A stretch of DNA of 63,111 nucleotides, filler included. It is 7 parts of 7 records of this genome, joined end to end, with 100 filler letters (N's around TTAATTAATTAA, not from the genome) between each part and the next. Parts side by side here need not be neighbours in the genome. Positions count along the whole stretch, not along the records: positions 23,800 to 31,821 come from SRR31147125_69731; positions 31,922 to 37,298 come from SRR31147125_69905; positions 37,399 to 42,773 come from SRR31147125_69938; 4 more parts are not named here. The stretch is one strand, 5' to 3'. The notes under the pieces were generated by a model. The model was not told the DNA's origin. It searched no databases and saw nothing but the letters and a program-made list of their open reading frames with translations. Below are positions 29,031-40,062 of the stretch, piece by piece. Each line of letters begins with the position of its first letter. The first letter of the stretch is position 1. Both the position numbers and the translations under genes were made by a program.

Positions 29031-30264
29031 ATGAAGATTCTCCATATATTAAGCCAAATGCCGGATTTTACAGGATCCGGAAAAACGCTCCAGGCCATCA
29101 TGACCCAGGCTGAAAAAAGAGGACATGATAATTTTTTAGTCGCCGGAATCCAGGACGACTATAAGCCGGCCCCCCATCTGATCCCCCCCGATCATGCGCT
29201 TTATGTGCGATTCAACGGGATTGACCTGAACTTTCCCTTGCCGGGAATGAGTGATGTCATGCCCTATAAGAGCACGGTTTTCTCTTCCATGACGCCTGAG
29301 CAACTGACACAGTACGAGGCGGCATTCAACAGAAAAATTCAATTGGCAAAGGAAAGATTCTCGCCTGACGTCATTCATACCCATCATCTCTGGATCGTCT
29401 CAAAAATTGCCGCAGAGGTCTTTACAGATCACCCCATGGTGACCTCATGCCACGGTACCTGCCTGCGTCAGTTCTCCCTTTGCCCCGAAATCGGCCCGAA
29501 ACTGACCGGGGCAATCAGGAAAATTGATAAAATACTCTGCCTGAGTCGTCACCAGCAGACGCAGGTCCGGGCCATCCACGGTGTCGATCCGGGGAAAATA
29601 GATAGTGTCGGCGCGGGATTTGACAAGGAATTGTTCGTTTCAGGCAGAAAGCCGGAAAAAGGACCGGTTGAAATCGTCTACGCCGGAAAGCTGAGCCGTG
29701 CCAAGGGGTTCCCTGGCTGCTTCGATCTCTGCATAAAATGTCAGTCGCGGATTTTCGACTTCATCTGGCGGGATCCGGCAGCGGTGTGGAAAAAGAAGAG
29801 TGCCTGAAGCTGGCGACATCCCTGGGAGACAAGGTGATTGTTCACGGAGCACTCTCCCACCGGGAGCTGGCCCGCCTAATGAGAAAGGCCCATCTTTTTA
29901 TCCTTCCCTCTTTTTTGAAGGACTGCCGCTTGTGATCATGGAGGCCCTCTCTTCCGGGTGTCGTATCGTGACCACGGCATTGCCGGGTACCAGGGAGCTT
30001 CTTGGCCATGCATCGTCAAACATGGTGGATCTCATCGAACTGCCGGCCCTTGAGACTGTGGATGCGCCATTTGAAAAAGATGTAACGCAATTGGACCAGG
30101 TATTGTCTTCGACCCTTGAAAACCGTATCAGGCAGATATTATCCAATCGACAGCCGGATACGGCACTGGCACGGGAAATGACCCGAATCCATACCTGGGA
30201 AAACGTATTTTCAAGAATGGAGACGGCATACAACGAGGTCTGCATTAAATGGAAAGGGCGATAG
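29031..30264 (+). CDS. GT4 glycosyltransferase, split over three frames by indels
   Basis: SQMPDFTGSG, HTHHLW, YAGKLSRAKG / HLAGSGSG / PS..EGLPLVIMEALSSG. Confidence 0.85.
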
Positions 30265-31094
30265 CGGCGATATCATCATGGCATTTAAACCGGGGAAATG
30301 TCAGACAAAGCGGATCGGTTTTCTCTTGTTTCCTGATTTGCTCTTTCACCCCGTTAAGCCCCATTGAAAGATAATTCTCCACCAGCGGCGTAAACTCTTT
30401 TTGTTTCTCAGGAATCTCTTCCGGAATGGATAAGCCGTCCGTGAACAACAGAACGTCCCTGACCCCGTCCAGGGATTCCGCCCCATGGTTCAGGAATTGT
30501 TCCGCCTGTTTCTCCCCATTTAATACGCCATAGGTGACGTTCATTTTCAAACGGACGTTCTTTATCTGCGGGGCCAGTGCCTGCCTGAGGGCGGAGATGG
30601 CTTGCTTCTGCTCGGCGGCAGTGATACCGGGTTCATGAGGCATTCGATCCTGAACAAGTTCTTTCCACAACGTAAGGGTCTCATGGTCATGATTTCCCGA
30701 ATTGGCCAACACCTTGTGGGATCCGTCTTCATACACCATCAGAATGACAGCGTCCCCGGTCTGTATCCATTCCAGGTGTCGATCCTCTAACCGAACCACG
30801 GCGACGCTTGTACTCCACAGTTTTTCTTTCTTTGAAATCTCAACCCCGTGACGAACCATTTCGTTCATGATCTCGGAGTTGGCCCGGCAGGCCAGATCCT
30901 TAAGAGAATAATGGTTTTGACGGAATACGGCACCGGCGGTTTGAGACGCAAGCATCCCTCCGGTTTTTCCCTGATGGAATTTCTCTCCCGTCAGGCTGGT
31001 TGCCCCATCAAACACACCGAAGATCCCATTTTCCAGCACAAGACAATCTTCATTTATTCCGGCCGACCCCTTTTCGAGTATATCGGGTTTTCAT
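30245..31094 (-). CDS. PP2C-family phosphatase domain protein
   Basis: NED, GVFDG, TGD, LFTDG, HDD motifs; start approximate because of indels. Confidence 0.8.
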
Positions 31095-31230
31095 GATTCC
31101 CCTTTTGTATGTCATTCATTCAGGAAATAATGAAATTATAGAGGTGGCTTCGGTTAAGTCAAAATGATAATATCCATGTCTTATTCAATAGGCATTGATA
31201 TTATACATACATAAAAAAAGCTCCGTCACT

Positions 31231-31821
31231 TCATTGAATAAAGTCAAATATTATCGAACAGCAACTCAATGTCCAACAGCTCCCCCTCTCGTTGAATTCG
31301 GAGTCACTTTCCTGTTGAAGCATTCTTATTTTCTTAACAATTGCCTCGATTTTCTGAGCAGAGTTATAAATCCGATCCAGATAGAGATCACTACGTGCTT
31401 GTGTATCGGGGGAATCCATATAAAGCAGATCGATATTCCCCATCAACGCCATCAGGGGGAGTTCAACTTATCCGCCGTAATTCCCGCGATCTGAAAAAGA
31501 ATATCCTGACGCTCTTTTTTCAACAGCTCATCCTGCTGGGCAATGACCTTTGCATTGGCCGCTTCCAGCTCTCGATTTTTTTGCAGCAGCTCTTTTTTTT
31601 GCTTAAACAGGTCAACAAAAACCGTGACTTTACTTCTCAAAATTTGAATATCCAATGGTTTAAACAAATAATCGACGGCACCGGACTCATACCCCCGAAA
31701 CACATGCCGGGACTCTTTGCTGATGGCCGTGACAAAAATAATTGGAATCGTCTTCCATGCACCATTTTCCCGGATCAGTTCAGCTGTCTCGAATCCGTCC
31801 ATTTCCGGCATCTGAACATCC
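31231..31821 (-). CDS. Response regulator with coiled coil / HisKA-like tail (5'-truncated, frameshifted)
   Basis: QMPEMDGFE, PIIFVTA, GAVDYLFKP. Confidence 0.8.
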
Positions 31822-31921
31822 NNNNNNNNNNNNNNNNNNNNNNNNNNNNNNNNNNNNNNNNNNNNTTAATTAATTAANNNNNNNNNNNNNNNNNNNNNNN
31901 NNNNNNNNNNNNNNNNNNNNN
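31822..31921. other. Artificial contig linker
   Basis: 44 N + TTAATTAATTAA + 44 N. Confidence 0.99.
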
Positions 31922-32315
31922 CTTCACCGGAGCATCATCGAATCGTGCCGGCTGAATACGGTGTCGAAGGCCCGCCTGTCGAAATGGGAGCGCATGGACC
32001 CGCTGATCGGAAAATAAAAATCATACGGCTGAATCATTTCCACCGGGAAACCCGTGTCCTCGGCGGCCGGATCGAACAGGTGCATCAAAAAGGATAACCC
32101 GTCATGTGTCCGCCCCTGAACGAACAATCGTTGTCCCTGGATCACCCGATACCGATGAGCATTTCGGAACAGGTACAAATCGGAAAAAAATACTCCGACA
32201 GCCCGTCTCCCAGCTTCGAAAACCGGGGCTGCAGCTCGGCGCCGTGATCGATTGTCGGATCCCGGTATTCAAAACATGTCTGCAATGGATTCGCCGATTC
32301 GATCGTTATGGCCAT
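31922..32315 (-). CDS. DUF2156 / phosphatidylglycerol lysyltransferase-domain protein N-terminus (frameshifted, truncated)
   Basis: Joined frames read LSEYFFP-xLYLFRNAHRY. Confidence 0.55.
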
Positions 32316-32336
32316 TTCTGCTGGATCGCGCCTCCT

Positions 32337-34091
32337 TTAGGCAAGCAGGGATGACGGCATTTCGACCATCTTTGTTCGCAGATATTCTCCCAGCGTCTTG
32401 GCCTGGGGATCCATGCGAAACGATGCCGATACGCCGTCCTGCAGCACGCCCCGGACATAAAAATTGAGGGCGAACAGGTTCGGCAGTTCATATCGTTCGA
32501 TCTCGAACACCGCCATGTCCGGCAGGAGTTCTTTGAGTTTGTCAACCGTCAGAAAATCGTTCAACCAGGCATATGACGCGGGGGTCTGCCCCCAAATACC
32601 GAGATTGGCGTTGCCCCCCTTGTCACCGGATCGGGTGGCATAGATTCGGCCCAACGGCACGGAAGTCGTCGGCCCCGCCGGTACGGGTGGAATATCGACG
32701 GCGGCGGGCGGCGGCGACGGGATGTCCGATTCCGGCGGCGACGGGATGTCGAAGGTTTCGTCGCCCATAACCACCGTTTGTGGAACCTTGTCCACGGAAA
32801 CCAGCGTCGGCCAGTGTTGAATGACCGGCCGACCCTTGTCCGGAGGCGCCGTCAATGCCAATCCGGGAACGGTGCAGAGCCCCAATTCGACAAATTTTGT
32901 GGAAAACATCGCCACTTTTTTGGCATCCGGATCCATGACGGAAAGCCGCAGGTAGGCGTAAGCCTCCTCATTGCTGGACGGATTGACCTTGTCCGAGCGA
33001 ATCAACTGCACGTCGATGACCTGGTACGCATCCTTGCCGCCGATGCTCTGGAAAAGCGTTTCCTCAATGATTTTGGCCTGCTTCTCGATGTCCAGCCCCG
33101 CCAGCAGGAGAGTCATGGAATTACTGTGCCCGGACATGTTGTTGATGCACACCTTGGTGGTGCGCGGCGCCGGCTCCCCCCGGACGCCTTCGATCAAAAC
33201 ACGGTCGGGGCCTTCCTGGGAGATTTGAATGGTGTCGAACCGGGTGACGACATCCGGCGTGAGGTATCTCGGCTCCCGGATTTCATACATCAACTGGGCG
33301 GTCACGGTTCCGACGGAAACCAGCCCGCCGGTGCCGGGATGCTTGGTGATGACAAACGATCCGTCTTCGTTCATTTCGGCGATGGGAAATCCGACGTTAT
33401 GGTAGGAGGGAATCTCGTGGATAAACGAATAGTTCCCACCGCAGGCCTGGCCACTGCATTCGATGATGTGTCCCGCAACGGCGGCGCCGGCCAATTTGTC
33501 CCAATCATCCGTTTGCCACCCAAAATGCCAGGCCGCCGGCCCCATCACCACGGCGGCGTCGGCCATCCGGCCGCCCACGATAATATCCGCACCGCTTTCC
33601 AGCGCTTTCACGACGCCCCATCCCCCGAGGTAGGCGTTGGCGGTAATGGGCATACCCGCCGCATCCTTTAACGCGGTGCCTTTGTCCAGGTGGGTAAAAG
33701 TCTCTCCCTGCTCCTGCAGTTCGCCGAGGCGAGGCATGAGATCGTCGCCCTCGATATACGCGACTTTCGGATGCAATCCCAGCGTTTGCGCGGTTTGTTC
33801 CAAAGCCGCCGCCAACCCCTTGGGGTTGAGTCCGCCGGCATTGGAAATCACCCGTATCTTTTTTTCCAGGCAAAGCCCCATCACCTGCTCCATTTGCTTG
33901 AGAAAGGTATGGGCGTATCCTTTTCCTGGATCCTTCATTTTTTGCTTGAGCAAAATCGCCATGGTCAGCTCCGCCAGGTAATCCCCCGTCAGGAAATCAA
34001 TGGGACCGCCCTCGACCATTTCTTTTGCCGCAGAAAAGCGATCCCCGAAAAATCCACTGAAGTTGGCAATGATAAGTTTATTGTTCGACAT
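32337..34091 (-). CDS. atuA: Acyclic terpene utilization AtuA-family protein
   Basis: IANFSGFFGDR, DYLAELTM, NAGGLNP, AGHIIEC, RSGDKG, DPQAKTLGE. Confidence 0.93.
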   Translation of the reverse strand: MSNNKLIIANFSGFFGDRFSAAKEMVEGGPIDFLTGDYLAELTMAILLKQKMKDPGKGYAHTFLKQMEQVMGLCLEKKIRVISNAGGLNPKGLAAALEQTAQTLGLHPKVAYIEGDDLMPRLGELQEQGETFTHLDKGTALKDAAGMPITANAYLGGWGVVKALESGADIIVGGRMADAAVVMGPAAWHFGWQTDDWDKLAGAAVAGHIIECSGQACGGNYSFIHEIPSYHNVGFPIAEMNEDGSFVITKHPGTGGLVSVGTVTAQLMYEIREPRYLTPDVVTRFDTIQISQEGPDRVLIEGVRGEPAPRTTKVCINNMSGHSNSMTLLLAGLDIEKQAKIIEETLFQSIGGKDAYQVIDVQLIRSDKVNPSSNEEAYAYLRLSVMDPDAKKVAMFSTKFVELGLCTVPGLALTAPPDKGRPVIQHWPTLVSVDKVPQTVVMGDETFDIPSPPESDIPSPPPAAVDIPPVPAGPTTSVPLGRIYATRSGDKGGNANLGIWGQTPASYAWLNDFLTVDKLKELLPDMAVFEIERYELPNLFALNFYVRGVLQDGVSASFRMDPQAKTLGEYLRTKMVEMPSSLLA

Positions 34092-34250
34092 GAGATCCTC
34101 CGAAAATAGTATAAGGGTTCAAGGGAAGGGGGCAACTTTCGAGTCTTGCAAAGTCTACATCTATTTTTTCAGCGGGCGACAGGAGTGCAGGCACGGCAAA
34201 TCGAATATCATACGTTTTCCACTTGACTCCTTGAATCCTTATGGACGATA

Positions 34251-35018
34251 TTATTTTCCTGTAAATTCCGGCTTCCTCTTCTCCATAAACGCCGTCATCC
34301 TCCCGGGCGTCATCGGTGGCGAGCACTTTTTTCAACCCTTCGGAAAGCAGGTCCAGGGCATCTTCAAAGGGCATGTCGGCCATCCGGTAGAAGGCCTCCT
34401 TGCCCAGCCTCAAACCAATGGGGCTTTTGCCCACCAGTTTCTGCAATACTTCGGTCACCGCTTCGTCCAACTGCTCCGCCGGAACGACGCGGGTAAGCAT
34501 GCCCATCTCCAGCGCCTGCTGCGCCGTCAGCCTGTCACCCAGCAGCACCATCTCCATCGCTTTTTTGTGGGGAACGTTGCGGAAAATTACCGCACCGATC
34601 ATCATGGGGAAAAGACCCACATTGACCTCCGGGGTGCCAAACTGCGCGTTGTCCACGGCAATTACGATGTCGCAAGCCAGCATGAAACCTGTGCCGCCCG
34701 CCAGACAATGCCCGTTGACGCGGGCCACGGTGGGTTTGGGAAAACCGGCGAGCCGCTTCAGCAGCGTCGCATAGCCGGCAATCGGGTCCATCCCGCTCGT
34801 GGTCATTCCCCCGCCAAGGTCCCCGCCCGAACAAAAGCCTTCTCACCGGAACCGGTGACGCAGACTGCCCGCACCTGGTCATCTGCCTCGGCCCGGTCCA
34901 GGTACTGTAAAAATAGCTCGATTGCCTCCGCGCTGATGGCATTTCGCTGCGCTTCGCGATTTAGCGTAAAATAAGCAATCGAGGACTCGACACGATACAG
35001 CAAATGGTCTTCGGACAT
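34251..35018 (-). CDS. Enoyl-CoA hydratase/isomerase (indels near 34830 and 34300)
   Basis: LNREAQRNAI, VNGHCLAGG, FGTPEVNVG, AFMEKRKPEFTGK tail in a shifted frame. Confidence 0.9.
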
Positions 35019-35109
35019 GATCTCACACTCCTTCCATGTTATAAATCGTCGTCATCTTTTTAAGGTACAGGGGAATCGTCGTTTTCAACGGTTCGATCCG
35101 ATTGATCTT

Positions 35110-35214
35110 CGTTGGGGTTGATTTCCTTGTTGATAAAATCGCGGACGGCCTTTCTGACCATCTCGTGATCCTTCGGTATAATACATCTGATACGCGTCTC
35201 TTTTTTGAAGACAT
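35110..35214 (-). pseudogene. N-terminal remnant of a second acyl-CoA dehydrogenase
   Basis: Shifted frame reads DHEMVRKAVRDFINKEINPN, versus DHEMVRKTVREFVDKEINPN in the upstream gene. Confidence 0.7.
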
Positions 35215-35246
35215 GGGATCACCTCCAAATCGGTTCCGGTAGAGAA

Positions 35247-36416
35247 TCAGTACCCTTCCATTTTCGCAATAATATCACTCATCACCTCGTCCGCGCCCCC
35301 GCCGATGGACAAGATCCGTGCATCCCGATAATAGCGAGAAATCAGCATTTCGTTCATAAAGCCAAGCCCTCCGTACATCTGGAGGCATCCATCGGCGACT
35401 TTTCGAAGCAGTTTCCCGCTGTATAATTTTCCCATGGAGATCTCCTGGGTAACGTCCATCCCCGCTGCTTTCATGGTGGTGATATGGTAGGTCAGTTGTC
35501 GAAGTGCCTCGATTTCCGTCAACCAATCGGCGATGCGATGCCGGAGCACCTGCTTCGTGATCAGGGGCTTTCCGAAAACGATTCGGTTTTTGATATGCTC
35601 CACGGTCATGTCAATGATATCCTGGGAAGCGATATACACCATGGGCATCGCGGAAAACCGTTCGTGCTGAAACTGCTGCATTTGATAGATGAAACCTTCT
35701 CCTTCCTTGCCGATGAGGTGGTCTGCGGGAAGCCGAAGGTTATCGAAAAACAACTCCGCCGTATCGCTGCTGCGAATCCCCATTTTGTCGAGCTTTTTGC
35801 TGACCTGAAACCCAGGAAGATCCGTCGGTACGACAAACAGGCTGAAACAGTGGTGTCCCGGTTCGTCACCGGTTCGAGCCAGCATGGTCAGAAAATCTGC
35901 CTGGGTTCCATTCGTGATGTAGGTTTTACTGCCGTTGATGACGTATTCATCTCCTTCCCGAACGGCGGTGGTCTGGAGTGCGGCGACATCCGATCCCGCC
36001 CCCGGTTCGGTAACGGCGATGGAGCAGACCATGTCACCGGCAATGGCCGGTTTTAAATATTTTTCTTTTAGAAATTCGGATCCGAACTCGTAAATAGCCG
36101 GCGTCGCCATGTGCGTTTGCACGGCGATGGCGATTGGCACGCCGAAGCCCTGCACATGCCCCAATTCTTCCAGGAATACGAGATCACACCAATAATCGAG
36201 CCCCTCGCCGCCGTACTTTGTATCATAACGAATTCCAAGGAAGCCCAATGCCCCCATTTTTTTAAACAATTCATGAAGCGGGGCCTCCCCCGCCGCTTCC
36301 CAGTCATCGAGATTGGGATTGATCTCCTTGTCTACAAATTCCCTAACGGTCTTGCGGACCATCTCATGATCTTTTGAAAAATACAGCTGTTCGGATGTCT
36401 TTGCTCGACTGCCCAT
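35247..36416 (-). CDS. Acyl-CoA dehydrogenase (AtuD/long-chain-like)
   Basis: AVTEPGAGSD, NGSKTYITNG, QMYGGLG, RDARILSIGGGADEVM. Confidence 0.93.
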   Translation of the reverse strand: MGSRAKTSEQLYFSKDHEMVRKTVREFVDKEINPNLDDWEAAGEAPLHELFKKMGALGFLGIRYDTKYGGEGLDYWCDLVFLEELGHVQGFGVPIAIAVQTHMATPAIYEFGSEFLKEKYLKPAIAGDMVCSIAVTEPGAGSDVAALQTTAVREGDEYVINGSKTYITNGTQADFLTMLARTGDEPGHHCFSLFVVPTDLPGFQVSKKLDKMGIRSSDTAELFFDNLRLPADHLIGKEGEGFIYQMQQFQHERFSAMPMVYIASQDIIDMTVEHIKNRIVFGKPLITKQVLRHRIADWLTEIEALRQLTYHITTMKAAGMDVTQEISMGKLYSGKLLRKVADGCLQMYGGLGFMNEMLISRYYRDARILSIGGGADEVMSDIIAKMEGY

Positions 36417-36690
36417 GATCGACTCCTTTTCTAATAGAATGTGACAGTGGGTAAGAGGAAGGAACCAACTTACCATCTCAACTTTAGAGTTTCGTTACAG
36501 CAAGCTGTACATGGTGATAAAAAACTGATATAATGGGTATAATCCAGCTAAGTACTTGCATTAACATTACGTAATTCTAATTCTTTCAGATTTTTATCAG
36601 ATAGTCCGGCGAAGACACTGGTGCGTAATTCATTTTGGATTATAATAGGATAAGCGCTTACAAAAGAAACTTTAATGTTTGACCCAGCAT

Positions 36691-36711
36691 TTTCAACTCT
36701 AAGAGTTGAAA
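36691..36711. promoter_or_regulatory. Operator-like perfect palindrome
   Basis: TTTCAACTCT-A-AGAGTTGAAA upstream of the acyl-CoA dehydrogenase operon. Confidence 0.5.
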
Positions 36712-36829
36712 TCCTTTCCCTACGCTTGAAATCAAATTTTCAGAAAGATCATGACACCATTCTTTCTTCAGTCATTAACCGGATGTGAGTGGATATTAGA
36801 ATCATCTTGATTGAAAAATGGAATAAGCT

Positions 36830-37298
36830 TTATTGCCCCTGCGAAGCGATATCTTTGTACTGTTCTCTCAACTCTCTTTTGAGAATCTTACCTGTGGGAT
36901 TCCTGGGGAAATCATTAACAATAAGTACGTATTTTGGCACCTTAAATCTAGGCAAATTCTGCTTGCAGTATTGTATAATTTCCTCTTCGGCAAGATACTC
37001 ATTTTGTATCGGAATCACCGCTGCAACCGATGCCTCCATCCACTCAGGGTGGGGCACGCCAAATACTGCAACCTCAGACACTTTAGGATAAGAACTGATG
37101 GCGTATTCCACACTGGCTGTAGAAATATTCTCACCCCGCTCTTTATCATGTCTTTTTTACGGTCCACAAAGAACAGTTCTCCATTCTTGTTCAATCGCCC
37201 CAGGTCACCTGTATGAAACCAGCCACTATCAAAAACTTTGGCGGTTAATTCTGGCTGTTTGTAATATTCTTTCATGACAACGGGTCCCCTAAATACTA
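36830..37298 (-). CDS. AMP-binding acyl-CoA synthetase C-terminus (5'-truncated, frameshifted)
   Basis: GWFHTGDLG, DRKKDMIKSG, PRNPTGKILK. Confidence 0.9.
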
Positions 37299-37398
37299 NN
37301 NNNNNNNNNNNNNNNNNNNNNNNNNNNNNNNNNNNNNNNNNNTTAATTAATTAANNNNNNNNNNNNNNNNNNNNNNNNNNNNNNNNNNNNNNNNNNNN
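37299..37398. other. Artificial contig linker
   Basis: 44 N + TTAATTAATTAA + 44 N. Confidence 0.99.
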
Positions 37399-37644
37399 CC
37401 CACTGTGAGGCTCGTGAATGGAAGGTTTATTATTGGATAAATTGAGCAAGTTCTAGTAGTTGAGCTGGACAAAATAAGTCTGAAGCGGGTTATGCTGAAA
37501 CGGTGTAATTTACTGCATTCATGATTTATGTAGATTCAGTATAAGAAATTATTAATGAAACGTGAGAGTAATAATATTGAGTTGAATGATTATTACATGG
37601 TTCTAGTAAATTATAAAGTTATGTTTACAAAAGGTAAATAGTGT

Positions 37645-38325
37645 ATGGAAATTTATAATAGAAACCGAAAATGGTATTAAGGTCCCTTTAAAGGGTATGT
37701 TGGTTATTATAAATTAGATCAATTTTGGGAATCATTTTTCAATGATGACGAGAAAGATACTGTTTTAAACCAATTACCAGATTCATCAAAAGATGATAAA
37801 AGCAGTGTTTTGGGACATTTGAAAAAAGACTTATTTGAAATGGACTTATATGGTACTTCTAAATCAAAATTGAGTTTCATTGCCGATTTCACAGGATATT
37901 TCAATTTATTTACTGAGCTTAATATTATTAATCGAATTGTAACTTATGTTGAGTCTTTCGATATCGATATACATAACGTAAATGATTTCAGATCAATGTA
38001 TTCGAAAATAATTAGTAGATGTGTTAGAGAAAGAGATAATATAAATGTGGCTTTGGAAATTTACATTCCATATTGCTTAAAACATATTGATATTTGTGAA
38101 TTAGAAATAGAAGCTAATAAAAAGGATTCACTTGGTTTTTTACCTTCTCATTCAGGTTTCCTTGGTATAATAAAAGCTTATGAGAATATAATGGATTTTG
38201 ACACAGCAATTTTATATGCAAGGAAAGCGATTGATGTTGGTTGGATCAATTCTGATGATAATGAATGGGAATATATCATTAAAAGGCTTGAAAAAAATGT
38301 AAAAAAGGGAACCAATAATAATTAG
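37645..38325 (+). CDS. Hypothetical protein with a TPR-like C-terminus (5' end disturbed)
   Basis: Open frame from 37681 (GPFKGYVGYYKLDQFW) to LPSHSGF..AILYARKAIDVGW..WEYIIKRL. Confidence 0.6.
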
Positions 38326-38336
38326 TTGGATTAGAT

Positions 38337-38633
38337 ATGGACAGAAATGAAATACTTAAACATTTACAACACAGATTAAAGTCTGAAAAGTATCAAGTTA
38401 ATATTAGTTTTGGTGTATATCAACTTAATAAAACTGTATTAGGACAAGGAGGTACTTCAATAGTATATTAAGCAACTCTTGAAAATTACGACAAAATAAA
38501 GTTTGCATTCAAATTTCTACTTGAAAATATAAAAGAGAAGAACAGTCGAGCATATAAAAGATTTTTACAGGCTCATATTTCCTTAATTAGAATTAATGAT
38601 AACAATTGTATCCTGCCACAGTTCTCCCTTTAG
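38337..38633 (+). pseudogene. Hanks-type Ser/Thr kinase N-lobe remnant
   Basis: LGQGGTSIVY*A...FAFKFL...YKRF; in-frame TAA at 38469; no HRD or DFG motifs follow. Confidence 0.7.
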
Positions 38634-38773
38634 CCGAGATGGAGTTATTAAAAGGACGGGATAGGTTATAAACTGCTCTATAAATTACCAAACACTTTTA
38701 AAAGGTATGCATGCTCTTCTGATGGAATTCATAGATAATAAATTGAGTGAAATAATCTGTCTAAAATAAACTT

Positions 38774-39463
38774 ATGCTGTTTTTTAATATTGACAGTTTG
38801 ATTGCTATTAATGAGAATGAATATATGATTACTGATAGGCGAACAGGATTACCTACTAGAGTGTTGTTTATTGTCTTGCTATTTGTTCTCATTATTCCAT
38901 CAGGGATTTTCATTTATCTTAGTTATACAAGACTAGATGATATAATGATGCGAGTTAGTAGCGATAATTTTATCTCATATATAAACGAAGTTAATCCAAA
39001 AGATTTTGATGATATTGATAAATATCAAGCTTATGCAATGGTTGAGCTTGAACGAGGTATCGTTAAAGTCCGGCAGCATAGAACCCAGATCTATGTATTA
39101 ACAAGGACTTGGATGAGGTTTATGAGTCTGATTTTTGGATCTATTATGATTGTAATTGGATCTGCATTTGTACTAGGAAGAGTGAATGGACCTGTTACTA
39201 AAGGAGAGCTCTCACTTAAAGATATCGGTTTTTCAATTATCAGTAGTTCTCCTGGTATTTTATTAGCTTTATTAGGCACAGTTTTAATTGCTATTCCAAA
39301 TACATCAACACAATATATTACAACTGATGATACATCTACATATATCAATGCATTTGTAATAGATAAAGCTAGCAGTAATTTGTCAGCATATGAAGATTAT
39401 CTTTTATTTTTAAATGAATTGGATGAGGACACTAAGGAAGATAATAAAGATGGGGGGACATAA
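38774..39463 (+). CDS. Hypothetical membrane protein (three TM helices, SSSPG motif)
   Basis: 229-aa ORF with hydrophobic segments, acidic tail. Confidence 0.7.
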   Translation: MLFFNIDSLIAINENEYMITDRRTGLPTRVLFIVLLFVLIIPSGIFIYLSYTRLDDIMMRVSSDNFISYINEVNPKDFDDIDKYQAYAMVELERGIVKVRQHRTQIYVLTRTWMRFMSLIFGSIMIVIGSAFVLGRVNGPVTKGELSLKDIGFSIISSSPGILLALLGTVLIAIPNTSTQYITTDDTSTYINAFVIDKASSNLSAYEDYLLFLNELDEDTKEDNKDGGT

Positions 39464-39465
39464 AA

Positions 39466-39936
39466 ATGAAAATCAGGAGAAGCTTCATTTTTTTCATGAC
39501 TTTTATTCTTTGTGCACAATTTGTGATAGCTAAGACTTATACTGAAAAAGATTTGAAAGCTGCGTACGATAGAGGGTATGCCAAAGGATATAAGGATGGG
39601 AAAAAGAGAGGTGGAGGTGGTACAGGAGTTGATCCCGATGTTGCTTCTGCAATGGCCCCAGGACAAGAAGTGTTCAGAGTGTTAAATGGTGGTAATACAA
39701 AAGGGGATGAGTTCGATGATATATTTCAAGAGAAAATATTACAGAATGGACAGATTTATTCTGTAGAGGTTGCCCCAATTTATGTTGCTCCTTTCGGAAA
39801 CTCTCCTGTTCAGGCTGATGAATTAAGAACACCTTTTATACAAGCGAATCCTATGTATTTCGAAATTAACAAAGATCTAACAAATATTCTTGATTCATTT
39901 GATCGGGAATATGAGCTTTTTCAGCTTCAGCAGTGA
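39466..39936 (+). CDS. Secreted hypothetical protein with a GxxxG repeat
   Basis: Signal peptide; AAYDRGYAKGYKDGKK; starts 2 bp after the upstream stop. Confidence 0.7.
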   Translation: MKIRRSFIFFMTFILCAQFVIAKTYTEKDLKAAYDRGYAKGYKDGKKRGGGGTGVDPDVASAMAPGQEVFRVLNGGNTKGDEFDDIFQEKILQNGQIYSVEVAPIYVAPFGNSPVQADELRTPFIQANPMYFEINKDLTNILDSFDREYELFQLQQ

Positions 39937-40062
39937 AATTGATCTTTGTCAGAAGTCTCTATCAATGACTCCATTGTTGCGGTGTGGTTACCTTAACCGT
40001 CGGTGGGTACCTCCTTTTTCTTGTACTGGCCCCTGTAACTTGACTCCAGGGATTTACTGCAG

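Noticed and set aside
36556-36576. TTAACATTACGTAAT resembling a LiuR box
   Set aside because: Spacing does not fit the palindromic consensus I recall and the region is AT-rich
37480-37500. GCGGGTTATGC resembling an integron attC end
   Set aside because: No matching inverse core site or repeated attC units were found between the following genes
37645-38633. Two in-frame TAA codons (37678, 38469) suggesting stop-codon reassignment
   Set aside because: TAA ends genes normally in the same contig (e.g. 39461-39463); compensating indels or decay explain both
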